Of a stretch of DNA of 64,000 bases, positions 8,431-17,670 are shown in pieces. Location: positions 19,852-83,851 of the forward strand of contig WGNE01000034.1 in assembly GCA_016124645.1 (NCBI GenBank), read 5' to 3'. Within the stretch, counting starts at the first letter, position 1. The number at the start of each line of letters is the position of its first letter. Under the pieces are notes generated by a model. That model saw only the letters and a list, made by a program, of their open reading frames with translations, was not told the origin of the DNA and did no database searches. A program made the position numbers and the translations under genes. Source of the DNA: Alphaproteobacteria bacterium (GTDB taxonomy: Bacteria > Pseudomonadota > Alphaproteobacteria > Micavibrionales > UBA2020).

Positions 8431-10074
8431 TCAGACAGTGCCCTTGGCGGCGGAAGCCTCGCCGCTTTCCGGCGTTTTATCCGGCGCGCTTTCCGTCTCG
8501 CCGGGCACGGGTTCCGGCGCGGCGGGCGGCGGAGGTGCAACGGCAGGCGCGCCCCCTTCAGATGCGCCCCCCTCGGGCGCGGCGGCTTTGGAAGCGGCGG
8601 CGGCGACGACTTCTTCCGCGACGGCTCCCGCATTGGCCTTCTTCTCTTCCGCGGCGGCGGCGGCCGCCGCCGCGACCTTCGCGGGGTCGAGCTTGCCGAT
8701 ATTGGCGAAATAGACGCAGTTGCGCCCGCCTTCCTTGGCGCGGTAAAGCTCGTCATCCGCGCGGCGCAGGGCTTCTTCCACCTGTATGTTTTCCGTGCCG
8801 CTCAGCATGACGGCGCCGGTGCTGACCGTGACCGGCACGTCGCCGTGCGGGCTGCTGGTCTTGAAGGGCTGGCCGGCGATGCTGAGGCGCAGGCGTTCCG
8901 CGACCTGCGTGGCCATGTCGATCCCGATATCGGGCAGGATGACCACGAATTCCTCCCCGCCGAGGCGCGCGACGAGGTCGAAGCTGCGCAGGCGCTGGCT
9001 GATGCGGTCGGAGAAGGTCTTCAAGACCTCGTCCCCCACCTGGTGGCCGTGGGTGTCGTTGATCTTCTTGAAGTGGTCGATGTCGAGCATCAGCACGCAA
9101 AGGTTCTTGCCGCTGTCCTTGTTCTTGTTCATCAGCTTTTCAAGGTGGACCATGAGGTAGCGGCGGTTGAACAGCCCGGTCAGGCTGTCGGTCAGCGCGA
9201 GCGAGAGGCTGGTCTCGTAGTTGCTGCGCAGCCGGTCCTGATAGCGCTTGCGGCGGATCTGGGTGCGCACGCGGGCCAGCAGCTCGTTGCGATCGACGGG
9301 ACGCAGGATGTAGTCATGCGCCCCGATCTCCAGCCCCTGCGCGATGCGCTTCATGTCCGCTTCCTCCCCCACCATGAGCAGCGGGACGGAGCGCGTGCGC
9401 TCGTTCGAGCGCAGGTGCGAGCACAGGCGCAGCCCGTCCTCATGCGTGAGGTTGAGGCTGACGGTGATGATGTCGAATTCGTTCTGCTGCGCCAGCGCGA
9501 TGGCCTGCTCGCCCGAGCGCACGGGCATGACGGTGTCCTCGTCGTGCTTTAGGGTCTCGACGAATTTCTCGCTTTCGAAGGCCTTGTCCTCGATCACCAG
9601 CACCTTGGCCTTTTCCGAGGGCTCGGCCAGAAAGGTGCCCTTGTTGCCGGCGAAGCCGAACTGGTTGGCGGTGTTCTCGCGGATGCGCCATTCGTCCACC
9701 GTCATCTTCAGCCGCACGAGCGAGCGCACGCGCGCCATGAGCGCGATGTCGTTGACAGGCTTGGAAAGGAAGTCGTCCGCCCCCGCTTCCAGCCCGCGCA
9801 CGCGGTCGGTCGCGTCGGTCAGCGCCGTCACCATGACGACGGGGATATGCGCGGTGGCGGGGTTGCTCTTGATGCGCTGGCAGGTCTCGAAGCCGTCCAT
9901 GCCGGGCATCATCACGTCGAGCAGGATGATGTCCGGGCTCATCGTCTCCGCCTTCTGGATGCCTTCCGCGCCCGAAGTCGCGGTGATGACGTCGAAATAC
10001 TCGCCGCTCAGCTTGGCTTCGAGCAGTTTGACGTTGGGCAGGATGTCATCTACGACTAGGACGCGTGCGGTCAT
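8431..10074 (-). CDS. pleD: PleD-family response regulator diguanylate cyclase (REC-REC-GGDEF) with Ala/Pro-rich tail
   Basis: MTARVLVVDDILPNVKLLEAKL...LLDVMMPGMDGFE (REC1), a second REC, then RSFD I-site plus the GGEEF active site. Start set at ATG 10074. Immediately downstream of divK, as in other alphaproteobacteria. Confidence 0.9.
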   Translation of the reverse strand: MTARVLVVDDILPNVKLLEAKLSGEYFDVITATSGAEGIQKAETMSPDIILLDVMMPGMDGFETCQRIKSNPATAHIPVVMVTALTDATDRVRGLEAGADDFLSKPVNDIALMARVRSLVRLKMTVDEWRIRENTANQFGFAGNKGTFLAEPSEKAKVLVIEDKAFESEKFVETLKHDEDTVMPVRSGEQAIALAQQNEFDIITVSLNLTHEDGLRLCSHLRSNERTRSVPLLMVGEEADMKRIAQGLEIGAHDYILRPVDRNELLARVRTQIRRKRYQDRLRSNYETSLSLALTDSLTGLFNRRYLMVHLEKLMNKNKDSGKNLCVLMLDIDHFKKINDTHGHQVGDEVLKTFSDRISQRLRSFDLVARLGGEEFVVILPDIGIDMATQVAERLRLSIAGQPFKTSSPHGDVPVTVSTGAVMLSGTENIQVEEALRRADDELYRAKEGGRNCVYFANIGKLDPAKVAAAAAAAAEEKKANAGAVAEEVVAAAASKAAAPEGGASEGGAPAVAPPPPAAPEPVPGETESAPDKTPESGEASAAKGTV

Positions 10075-10220
10075 TTTCTCTCTTCGTTTTTTATGTCCCA
10101 TGAACGCGGCTGACGCCGCGCGGGAAGCCCCCTTATATTAACCCTAAAGGGAAATGTTGAAAGAAGAATTAACCGTTAAGGCCTTATTCCCCAATGATAT
10201 TATGGTCGGCGCCCATAATG

Positions 10221-10589
10221 TCATTTCCCGAGGTGCTTCTGGACGACTTCCATGAAGTCGAGGATGGAGATGGGCTTGGAGATATAATCCTCGCAGCCAC
10301 CCTGGCGGATCTTCTCCTCGTCCCCCTTCATGGCGAAGGCGGTGACGGCGACGACGGGGATGTTTTTCAGCGCCTCGTCATTTTTCAGCCACTGCGTGAC
10401 CTCCAGCCCCGAAACCTCGGGCAGCTGGATGTCCATGATGATCAGGTCCGGCATGTGCTCGCGCGCGATGTCCAGCACCTGCGTGCCGTCGCGGGTCTTC
10501 ACGGTGTCATAGCCGTGCGCGCCCAAAAGGTCGTCGAACAGCTTCATGTTCAGCTCGTTGTCTTCGACGATAAGCACTTTTTTTGTCAT
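10221..10589 (-). CDS. divK: single-domain response regulator DivK
   Basis: [22 protein letters not shown]...[20 protein letters not shown]...YISKPI. Start at ATG 10589 with GGGAGA Shine-Dalgarno. Conserved divK-pleD order. Confidence 0.9.
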   Translation of the reverse strand: MTKKVLIVEDNELNMKLFDDLLGAHGYDTVKTRDGTQVLDIAREHMPDLIIMDIQLPEVSGLEVTQWLKNDEALKNIPVVAVTAFAMKGDEEKIRQGGCEDYISKPISILDFMEVVQKHLGK

Positions 10590-10669
10590 ATTTTCTCCCG
10601 GCGTCATAACGCCTGTTTACGCCGATTATCTTAACAAACCGTTAACGGCTGGCAAAGCTTTCCGCCGCC

Positions 10670-11533
10670 TCAGTTGCCGCATTTGCGGGGTTTCAGCTTT
10701 TCAAGGCCGACGAGCGTCTGGTCCACCTTGAACAGCCCGTAATCGACCAGCGCATGACTGACCACGCCGTTGTCGTGCAGGATCATGTTCATCTCGTAGG
10801 CCGGCTCCATCGCGTCCTTGTCCTTCAGCGGAAAGACCGCGACGCGCATGTGCCATGCGTTGGGGCTGAGCAGCGAGGCGTCGATGTTCTTGTTGCCCGC
10901 GGAAAGCGCCTTGATCTCCGCCGGAGTCAGCTTCTTGCCGATATAGGTGTTGATATCGACCGGCCCGTCCGCGTCCGTGCCGTCGAAGATGATGGCGTCG
11001 AAGAACCGGTCGCCCTTCTCCGCGTGGCGGATGGTCTCGTTCGTCTGCTGGGTGGGCAGCATATAGCCCTTGGGCAGCGCGTAGCTCAACCCCTCGGGCC
11101 GCGAGTAATCCGCCTTGGCCGCGCCGTCCTTGCCCTTGACGATGGCGCCGCGCAGCTGCTCGCTCAGCCGCCCGTTCTCGCGCCGTTCGGAATTGAAGTA
11201 AAAGGCGCTTTTGTCCTTCGCCTCGAAGGAGACGTAATGGCTTGTGTTATCGACCGGCGGGCGCTCGGGGTACTGGTATTCCATGGTGAAGCGGTGCTCG
11301 CTGGTCCAGGCGTCGCAATCGTCGTTCTGCTCGTAGTACATCTCGCCGTCGATGCCGGTGACGCCCGCGCCGGAATGGACCGAGACCATCTTGAACTTGT
11401 AAAGCGCCTTGTGCAGGGCCACCGTGGGGCCCGCGACCGCGCTTGCCGCCTTCGCCGCCTGCATGGGGACGGCAAAGGCCGTCAGCCCGGCCAATACCGC
11501 GCCGAAGACATATGTGGTTATTTTTTCGTTCAT
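10670..11533 (-). CDS. DUF1849 (EipB-like) periplasmic protein
   Basis: Signal peptide (VFGAVLAGLTAFAVPMQAAKA). LYKFKMVSV..GAGVTGIDGEMYYEQ...C.AW and a C-terminal Cys resemble the DUF1849 family. Assigned from memory of the family pattern. Confidence 0.6.
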   Translation of the reverse strand: MNEKITTYVFGAVLAGLTAFAVPMQAAKAASAVAGPTVALHKALYKFKMVSVHSGAGVTGIDGEMYYEQNDDCDAWTSEHRFTMEYQYPERPPVDNTSHYVSFEAKDKSAFYFNSERRENGRLSEQLRGAIVKGKDGAAKADYSRPEGLSYALPKGYMLPTQQTNETIRHAEKGDRFFDAIIFDGTDADGPVDINTYIGKKLTPAEIKALSAGNKNIDASLLSPNAWHMRVAVFPLKDKDAMEPAYEMNMILHDNGVVSHALVDYGLFKVDQTLVGLEKLKPRKCGN

Positions 11534-11792
11534 CGAGCCTGTCCTGAAATGCGTCACACCCTGTTATCCCTTCACTCTAAACCAAGCGGCGGCAAAAACA
11601 ACCTCGGCGGGGCCCCGGAGAAGGCAGGAGGCTGATATCCGTGGCGAATATGCCCCGCGCGTTATTTTATTTATGAAAATATATCCCCGCCCTGTTCACC
11701 TGCCGCGCTTTTTATGTTATGTAGGAACAAGATAGGTTTCAAAAGCCCTGTTCTCAATATTTTCAGGGATATTCTTTTTAAAAGAGCGACGC

Positions 11793-12476
11793 ATGGCCAC
11801 CAAACAACCCTTGCACTTGCGCCCCTCGCAGGCGCTGACCATCGAGAACCTGAAATCGACCGTCAACCCGGCGGACCCCAACTGGCGCACGCAAGGCACC
11901 ACGCTGGCGATGCTGAAACACGCCTACGACCAGATCGAGACGGCCGAGCGCATGATCGCGCAGCAGGAAAAGCGCATCCGCCAGCTCGAGGACCTCGCCA
12001 GCACGGACCCGATGACGGGGCTGATGAACCGGCGCGGGTTCGAGACGTTCTTCGCCCACGAGCAGGCGCGCATCCGCCGCCACAATTCGCCGGGCGCGCT
12101 GCTCGCGCTCATCGACCTCGACCGCTTCAAGCAGATCAACGACACCCACGGCCATCAGGCGGGCGACGCATGCCTGAAGCTGGTGGCGAAGCATCTGTTG
12201 TCCTCCATCCGCATCGTGGACGGCGCGGCGCGCTTCGGCGGCGACGAATTCGCCCTGCTGCTGACCCAGACCGACCCCGAAAAGGCGATGGTGCGCATCT
12301 ATCAGGTGAAGGACACGCTCAATTCCATGCGCCTCGACTGGCAGGGAACCGGGCTGGAATTCGGCGCCTCCATCGGCGTCGAGCCCGTCCGCGCCGAAAC
12401 CGAATGGCTCACCGCCTACGAAGCCGCCGACAAAGCCCTCTACGCCGACAAAACCGCGCGCCGGGCGGGGCGGTAG
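11793..12476 (+). CDS. GGDEF-domain diguanylate cyclase
   Basis: DPMTGLMNRRGFE...IDLDRFKQINDTHGHQAGD...RIVD(I-site)GAARFGGDEFALLL. Confidence 0.85.
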   Translation: MATKQPLHLRPSQALTIENLKSTVNPADPNWRTQGTTLAMLKHAYDQIETAERMIAQQEKRIRQLEDLASTDPMTGLMNRRGFETFFAHEQARIRRHNSPGALLALIDLDRFKQINDTHGHQAGDACLKLVAKHLLSSIRIVDGAARFGGDEFALLLTQTDPEKAMVRIYQVKDTLNSMRLDWQGTGLEFGASIGVEPVRAETEWLTAYEAADKALYADKTARRAGR

Positions 12477-12509
12477 TTTTGCCCGCCGCGTCAGACAGGG
12501 CAGGATGAA

Positions 12510-12896
12510 TTGAAAATCAAGATAAACAGGGCGGCCATTTGGGGAAACCTTCTGGGCTGCGTCGTGATCGGCGCAATATTTTCAGCTTTCGCCGCAGTCG
12601 TCAGCATTCCTGAAAACCTCTTCTATTTATATTGGGGCATGTTCATCGCGATGTGCATCAGCCTGTTCGCGCAGGAAAACATGGAACCCCGAAAATGTAT
12701 GAAGGGCATTCTGTCCTCAATACTTCTTGGCGCATTCTTTTTCTTGGTAGATTTATATTTTGCGCTCACGGCACATGCATCCCTTTTTTCGGTGATAACC
12801 TTAGCGGTGGGCCCATTGTCCACAATTATCTTTACTGCTGCACTCGCGAGAAGCCTCCTGACCAAGAAACTCTCGCCGCCAAAACAGCCGGAATAA
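12510..12896 (+). CDS. small hypothetical membrane protein (lower-GC gene, non-ATG start)
   Basis: 128-aa ORF with about 4 hydrophobic helices. Visibly lower GC than its neighbours. TTG start in the ORF track. Confidence 0.45.
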   Translation: MKIKINRAAIWGNLLGCVVIGAIFSAFAAVVSIPENLFYLYWGMFIAMCISLFAQENMEPRKCMKGILSSILLGAFFFLVDLYFALTAHASLFSVITLAVGPLSTIIFTAALARSLLTKKLSPPKQPE

Positions 12897-12906
12897 ATCC
12901 GGCAGG

Positions 12907-12993
12907 GCGTATTTTCCCCACGAATGGACACCGAAGAACGCGGATGAGGCGTAAAAACCATCCGTGTATATCCGTGTCCATCCGTGGGCGATA
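12907..12993. repeat. REP/MITE-like 87-bp hairpin element, copy 1
   Basis: GCGTATTTTCCCCACGAATGGACACCGAAGAACGCGGATG...CATCCGTGTATATCCGTGTCCATCCGTGGGCGATA. Imperfect inverted arms of about 29 nt. Direct repeat of 13159-13246. Confidence 0.8.
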
Positions 12994-13121
12994 GTCAACT
13001 CCCGTCCCGCATACACAAACGCCACCCCCGCGAAGGCGGGGGTCCGGGCCTGAATTGGTCAACACTCTTTCAGCCGCGTGCCGGATGCCCGCCTGCGCGG
13101 GCATGGCGAGGTGGTGAAGGT

Positions 13122-13161
13122 GAAAAATCAGGGCTTCGGCTTGGAGGTGAATTTCCTGGCG
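13122..13161. repeat. duplicated copy of the 3' end of the 13264-14352 gene
   Basis: GAAAAATCAGGGCTTCGGCTTGGAGGTGAATTTCCTGGCG is close to 13259-13297 (GAAAATCAGGGCTTCGGTTTGGGCGTGAATTTCTTGGCG), which contains the real stop codon. Confidence 0.7.
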
Positions 13162-13246
13162 TATTTCCCCCACGGATGGACACCGATGAACGCGGATAAG
13201 ACGTAAAAAGCTATCCGTGTATATCCGTGTTCATCCGTGGGCGATA
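13159..13246. repeat. REP/MITE-like 87-bp hairpin element, copy 2
   Basis: Roughly 88% identical by eye to 12907-12993, with the same hairpin architecture. Confidence 0.8.
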
Positions 13247-13263
13247 AAATACACCCCCGAAAA

Positions 13264-14352
13264 TCAGGGCTTCGGTTTGGGCGTGAATTTCTTGGCGGGT
13301 TTCACCTCGGGCACGATGCCCTTGGCGGCGAGGTCGGCGACGGCGGTTTGCACGCGGGAAAGCGTATCGGCGAAATCGCCGCTGTGCAGGATGCCGGTGC
13401 CGCCGGCCGCGGTCCACTTATCGACATTCTCCTGACGGTCGTCGATGAGGATGCTGCCTTCGCGCGCCAGCATTTCCTTGTCTTTCGAGCGCACGACGAC
13501 GACGTCGAGCAGCGCGAACTTGCCGCTTTCGGGGCGGAAGTCCATGGCCCAGTTGGCGGGGCCCTCGAAGTCCGCGGCCAGCGGCACCGCGCCGGTCAAA
13601 AAGCGCGTGGGGCCCAGCTTGCGCACGGCGTCGTAGAATTTCTTCGCGCCTTCGAAGGCGGGCAGGGTTTTCCACCATGATTTGTCCAGCTTCGCCCAGT
13701 CGGTCTTGCCGTCGGGCGCGATCTTGCCCGTCGCCTTGCCGTGGACGTCGAAATCCGCCAGCACCCCGTTGGGGCCGATGAAGATTTTCAAAACGGGTTT
13801 TTCCGCCTGAACGGGCGCGGCTTTCTTGCCGTTGCGGAAATCTTCCATCGCCTGATCCACGCGTTTGAGCGTATCGGCGTAATCGCCGGTATGCAGGATG
13901 CCGATGCCGCTCGCCGCGACCCATTGGTCGATGTTTTTCTGGCGGTCATCGACGAGGATGCAGTTGGGCCGCGCCAGCAGGTTCTTGTCTTCCGCCCGCG
14001 CGATCATCAGGTCCAGCAGGCCGAAGCGCGTGCCGCGGAACTTCGTCACCCATTCGGCCTTGCCGCGAAAGCAGTCGGCGTTCAAAATCGGCGCGGTCAG
14101 CATGCGGGTGCGGCCGCGCGCGCGCAGTTGTTGGTAAAACTCCTTCGCGCCGTCATAGGCGGGCATGGTCTTCCACCATTTCAGGTCCAGCTCTTCCCAT
14201 TTGGGCTGGCCCTTTTCGTTGTATTTACCGTTGGCGGTGGCGTGACCGTCGAAATCCGTCAACACCCCGTCCAAGTCGGAGAATATCTGGAACTCGGGCT
14301 CCGCTTTTTTCGCGGCTTTCCTGCTGAAATCTTTTTTCGGGGTTTTGGCCAT
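13264..14352 (-). CDS. tandem two-domain HAD-superfamily 5'(3')-deoxyribonucleotidase (NT5C)-like protein
   Basis: Domain 1 has FSDLDGVLTDF...ILVDDRQKNIDQW...GILHTGDYADTL. Domain 2 has FIGPNGVLADF...ILIDDRQENVDKW...GILHSGDFADTL. The duplication is visible at both protein and DNA level. Confidence 0.7.
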   Translation of the reverse strand: MAKTPKKDFSRKAAKKAEPEFQIFSDLDGVLTDFDGHATANGKYNEKGQPKWEELDLKWWKTMPAYDGAKEFYQQLRARGRTRMLTAPILNADCFRGKAEWVTKFRGTRFGLLDLMIARAEDKNLLARPNCILVDDRQKNIDQWVAASGIGILHTGDYADTLKRVDQAMEDFRNGKKAAPVQAEKPVLKIFIGPNGVLADFDVHGKATGKIAPDGKTDWAKLDKSWWKTLPAFEGAKKFYDAVRKLGPTRFLTGAVPLAADFEGPANWAMDFRPESGKFALLDVVVVRSKDKEMLAREGSILIDDRQENVDKWTAAGGTGILHSGDFADTLSRVQTAVADLAAKGIVPEVKPAKKFTPKPKP

Positions 14353-14393
14353 TGTCTTGCATCCTCGTTCAAATTTTATATCGCCATCCGGCC

Positions 14394-14417
14394 CCCTCTC
14401 CCGCTTGCGGGAGAGGG
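14394..14417. repeat. REP-like GC hairpin (CTCTCCCGC/GCGGGAGAG family), copy 1
   Basis: CCCTCTCCCGCTTGCGGGAGAGGG palindrome in the intergenic region. Confidence 0.7.
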
Positions 14418-14492
14418 CGGGGGGTGAGGGAATGCAAACGCCCTAAAGCGTCGCTCCGGTGCTGCGGACCTTCGGCCCGCCCCTCTCCCTGC

Positions 14493-14516
14493 CCCTCTCC
14501 CGTCCGCGGGAGAGGG
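14493..14516. repeat. REP-like GC hairpin (same family), copy 2; probable terminator of the ankyrin gene
   Basis: CCCTCTCCCGTCCGCGGGAGAGGG, 9 nt beyond the stop of 14525-15463. Confidence 0.65.
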
Positions 14517-14524
14517 AATGTTTG

Positions 14525-15463
14525 TCATCCCTTGGCGGCGGGCTGCGGTTGCGGCTGCGGCGTTTTGCGTGCCGCGTGTTTTTCCCGCGCCTGCGCGAGG
14601 CTCTTGTCCCGCTCCATCTCGGCGAAGGTCTTGACGATGGTGATGTCGCGGCCGGTTTCATAGTTGTGCGTGATGACGGCGTAGCGCTCGGTTTCGAAAT
14701 TGAAGACCTCGGTCAGGCGGTAGCCCGCGTCGCGCAGGATGCTGACATGGGTGACGGTATCCGCGTCCGGCGCCTGCCATTCCGGCACCTGCGCGTCGAG
14801 GAAGGATTGCACCAGCCTGTAAGCCTCGCGCCGGTCGTAGGCGCGGGCGATATCCAGCAGGCCGCGGCCTTCGTTGTCCGCAAGGTCGGTGCGCGCGCCT
14901 TTGTCCAGCAGCTTTTGCGTCATCGCAAGGTCGCCGTTGCGCACGGCGTAGAACAGCGGGCTCCAGTTTTTGCTGTTGCGCGTATCAAACTTCGCGCCGC
15001 GTTCCATCAGCTCCGCCGACAGCGCCGTGTTGCGCGTGGCGACCGCGAGGGCGAAGACGCTGTCGCCGCGGCGGTCCCGCGCCTCGATATCCGCCTTGAC
15101 GGGCGCGTCCAGCATGGCGATGGCCGCCTGCGTGTCGCCAGCGCGCACGGCATCGAGGAAGGGGGTGGAGGCGCCGTAGTCGCTTTGCCGGTTCGGGTCC
15201 GCGCCGCTTTCCAGCAGCAGGGCGAAAATTTCCGTCTGCTTCGCCTCGCGCGCGACGTCCAGCGGTTGCTTGGCGCGGTAGCCGTCGATATCGAGCTTCG
15301 CGCCCTCTTCCATCAGCTTTTTGACTTTTTCGATCTTGCCCGCGCGGATGGCCTCGATAAAGGACGCCTCGAGCTGCTGGGGGTTGCGCAGGAAGCGGCG
15401 CACCGCCTTCGCGAAGCGCAGGGCCGCTTCACCCGCTTTTTTCATTTTCGATTTGAAATCCAT
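14525..15463 (-). CDS. ankyrin-repeat protein
   Basis: Repeats such as LLLESGADPNRQSDYGASTPFLDAVRAGDTQAA, RDRRGDSVFALAVATRNTALSAELMERGAKFD and NWSPLFYAVRNGDLAMTQKLLDKGARTD. Confidence 0.85.
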   Translation of the reverse strand: MDFKSKMKKAGEAALRFAKAVRRFLRNPQQLEASFIEAIRAGKIEKVKKLMEEGAKLDIDGYRAKQPLDVAREAKQTEIFALLLESGADPNRQSDYGASTPFLDAVRAGDTQAAIAMLDAPVKADIEARDRRGDSVFALAVATRNTALSAELMERGAKFDTRNSKNWSPLFYAVRNGDLAMTQKLLDKGARTDLADNEGRGLLDIARAYDRREAYRLVQSFLDAQVPEWQAPDADTVTHVSILRDAGYRLTEVFNFETERYAVITHNYETGRDITIVKTFAEMERDKSLAQAREKHAARKTPQPQPQPAAKG

Positions 15464-15587
15464 TGAGAATCCTCGTCAGGGACGCTTATTTACGAAATAT
15501 GCGCCACCCTAAAGGATACGGTCTATTATGTCAATTGTTTTTTCACCCCGTTGCGGGCAAGATATCCATTTAATATCAACCGGATAA

Positions 15588-16946
15588 TCAGACGAGGAAC
15601 AGGTCCCGCGCCCGCCACCACCAATAGACCATCTGCGCCACGTAGCGGCCGGACTTGCCGCCGGCAAAGCCGATGCCGAAGGGCTCGAAGGCGCGCCATG
15701 TCTCGTCGCCCTCGGCAATCGCCGATGCGACGACCTCCCCGCAGGCAGTGGTGGGGGCGAGGCCGTGGCCGCCGAAGCCGGTGTTGTACCAATAGCCGGG
15801 CTCGATCTGGCCCAGCTGCGGCATCTTGTGCGGGGCGTAGCAGAGCAGCCCGGACCAGTAATAATCCGGCGCCGCATGGCCCTTGAGCTGCGGATAGACC
15901 TTGAGCAGGTCGCCCAGCATCATGCCCGCGATATTGTCCGGCCGCGACCAAAGCGCGACGCGCCCGCCCCACAGAATGCGGTTGCCGTCCACGCGGCGGT
16001 AATAATCGCTGCAAAAACGCATGTCGTAGATGGCGTGCAGGGTGTTGAGCGATTGTTCCAGCAGCGCGTCGTCGATCGGCTTGGTCACCATGATGTAGGT
16101 CTGCACCGGGAAGGCGGCGTTGGCGAGGCGCTTGTCCAGCCCGTCGATGTAGATGGAACAGCACAGCACCACCTCCCGCGCCTTCACGCAGCCTTCTTTG
16201 GTTTCGACCTTCCAGCCCTTGCCGTCGCGGGATATCTTCACCGCCGGGCTGTTCTCGAAGATGCGCCCGCCCTGTTCCGTGATGACCTTGGCGATGCCGT
16301 GCAGGTAGCGCAGCGGGTTGAACTGGTAATCCTGCGGGGAATAGACGCCGTCGAAATAGCGCTGCGTCTTGCAGTGTTCGCGCACCTTTTCGCGGTCCCA
16401 GAACTCGAAGCCGGTGTGGAAGACGTCGTTCGCCTTGTCGATGTAGTCGCGCATTTCCCGCGCGTTGTCCTTCCACGAAACCGTCAGCACCCCGGGGGTG
16501 AGCGGGCCGCAGTCGATGTTGAATTTCTCGATGCGCGAATGGATGAGCTTGCGCGCGTTCTGCGTCAGGGTGACGAGCTGTTGCGCGTGCGGCTTTTCAA
16601 GGCGGGCGAGCAAAGACATCTCGCTCGCCGAATAGCCCTTGGCGACGAAGCCCGCGTTGCGGCCGGATGCGCCCCAGCCGATGCGTTTGGCTTCCACCAC
16701 CACCGCGTCCTGCCCGCGCTCGAGCAGCCCCAGCGCCGTGTTCAACCCCGCAAGGCCGCCGCCGACCACGCAGACGTCCGTCTCCACCGTTTCGCCCAGC
16801 ACGGGGTGGCGCGGCGCGGTTTGCAGCGTGTCCACGTAATAATTGTGGTCGATATAGCCTTCGGCGTCAGCAATGGCCGTCACGTATCCTCCGGTGCTTT
16901 GGGGTGGCGTTGGAATGGTGACGGTAATATGGCGCAAACACGCCAA
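15588..16946 (-). CDS. FAD-dependent oxidoreductase (PuuB/OrdL-like)
   Basis: Dinucleotide-binding motif VCVVGGGLAGLNTALGL. Overall similar to the 40169-41458 product. The start may be internal (GTG near VTAIAD). Confidence 0.8.
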   Translation of the reverse strand: MACLRHITVTIPTPPQSTGGYVTAIADAEGYIDHNYYVDTLQTAPRHPVLGETVETDVCVVGGGLAGLNTALGLLERGQDAVVVEAKRIGWGASGRNAGFVAKGYSASEMSLLARLEKPHAQQLVTLTQNARKLIHSRIEKFNIDCGPLTPGVLTVSWKDNAREMRDYIDKANDVFHTGFEFWDREKVREHCKTQRYFDGVYSPQDYQFNPLRYLHGIAKVITEQGGRIFENSPAVKISRDGKGWKVETKEGCVKAREVVLCCSIYIDGLDKRLANAAFPVQTYIMVTKPIDDALLEQSLNTLHAIYDMRFCSDYYRRVDGNRILWGGRVALWSRPDNIAGMMLGDLLKVYPQLKGHAAPDYYWSGLLCYAPHKMPQLGQIEPGYWYNTGFGGHGLAPTTACGEVVASAIAEGDETWRAFEPFGIGFAGGKSGRYVAQMVYWWWRARDLFLV

Positions 16947-16967
16947 AAGGTCAATGATTGTAGGCGT

Positions 16968-17660
16968 TTATCGCTTCGGGCCTTCGCTGCGGTGCCGCAT
17001 TTTCGGCGCGGGCGCGTTCGCGGGATGCGGCAGCTTCCTGATTTTCTCCGCCATGGCCACGGGGTCGATCTCGGCGATGAAGCCTTTTTCCTTGTAGGGG
17101 GTGATCTTGTTGAATTCGCGCAGCACGTCCTCGCGAAATTCGTCGCTGCGCATGAAGTCCTGCGGCGGCACGCCGTAATTGTTGGGGGCGGAGAACATCT
17201 TGGTAACTTCCGGCCAATGCTTTTCCAGCGTCATGATGAAGCGGCGCGAAGCGTGCAGGCGGCCGACGCCGATGACGCTGTGGACATCGTCCTTCCAGCC
17301 GTTTTTTTTCAGCAGGGCCAGCGTATGGATGACGTTTTCGCCGGTATTGGTCGCATCGTCTTCGACGAGGATGTTTTCCACCGGCACGCCGCGCGCGACC
17401 AGAACGTCGCGCATGCGGTCCGCTTCCAGCCGGCCGTCGTCCGTCGCCACGCCGCCGGTCACGACCATGCGGGTGAAATAGCCCTGTTCATAGAGGTCCG
17501 CCGCGTGGTTGGCGATGAGGTCCGCCTTGCTGTTGCCGAAGAGGATGCAAAGATCCGCCTTGGCGAGCGGCGTCTCGATTAGCATGTAGTCGCCCGCCGC
17601 CTTCAGGAAGGCTTCGGAAAGATCGCCCTTTTGCGGCTTATTTCCTTGCGGCTCCTTCAT
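16968..17660 (-). CDS. YdcF/DUF218-family protein
   Basis: CILFGNS...MVVTGG...EADRMRDVLVARGVPVENILVEDDATNTGENV matches the DUF218 pattern. Confidence 0.7.
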   Translation of the reverse strand: MKEPQGNKPQKGDLSEAFLKAAGDYMLIETPLAKADLCILFGNSKADLIANHAADLYEQGYFTRMVVTGGVATDDGRLEADRMRDVLVARGVPVENILVEDDATNTGENVIHTLALLKKNGWKDDVHSVIGVGRLHASRRFIMTLEKHWPEVTKMFSAPNNYGVPPQDFMRSDEFREDVLREFNKITPYKEKGFIAEIDPVAMAEKIRKLPHPANAPAPKMRHRSEGPKR

Positions 17661-17670
17661 GCGCTGCGCC

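Noticed and set aside
8244-8810. Pro/Arg-rich ORFs (188 aa and 116 aa) around the pleD 3' end
   Set aside because: These are translations of the GC-rich Ala/Pro tail region of pleD in other frames or on the other strand. They are low complexity and have no independent signals.
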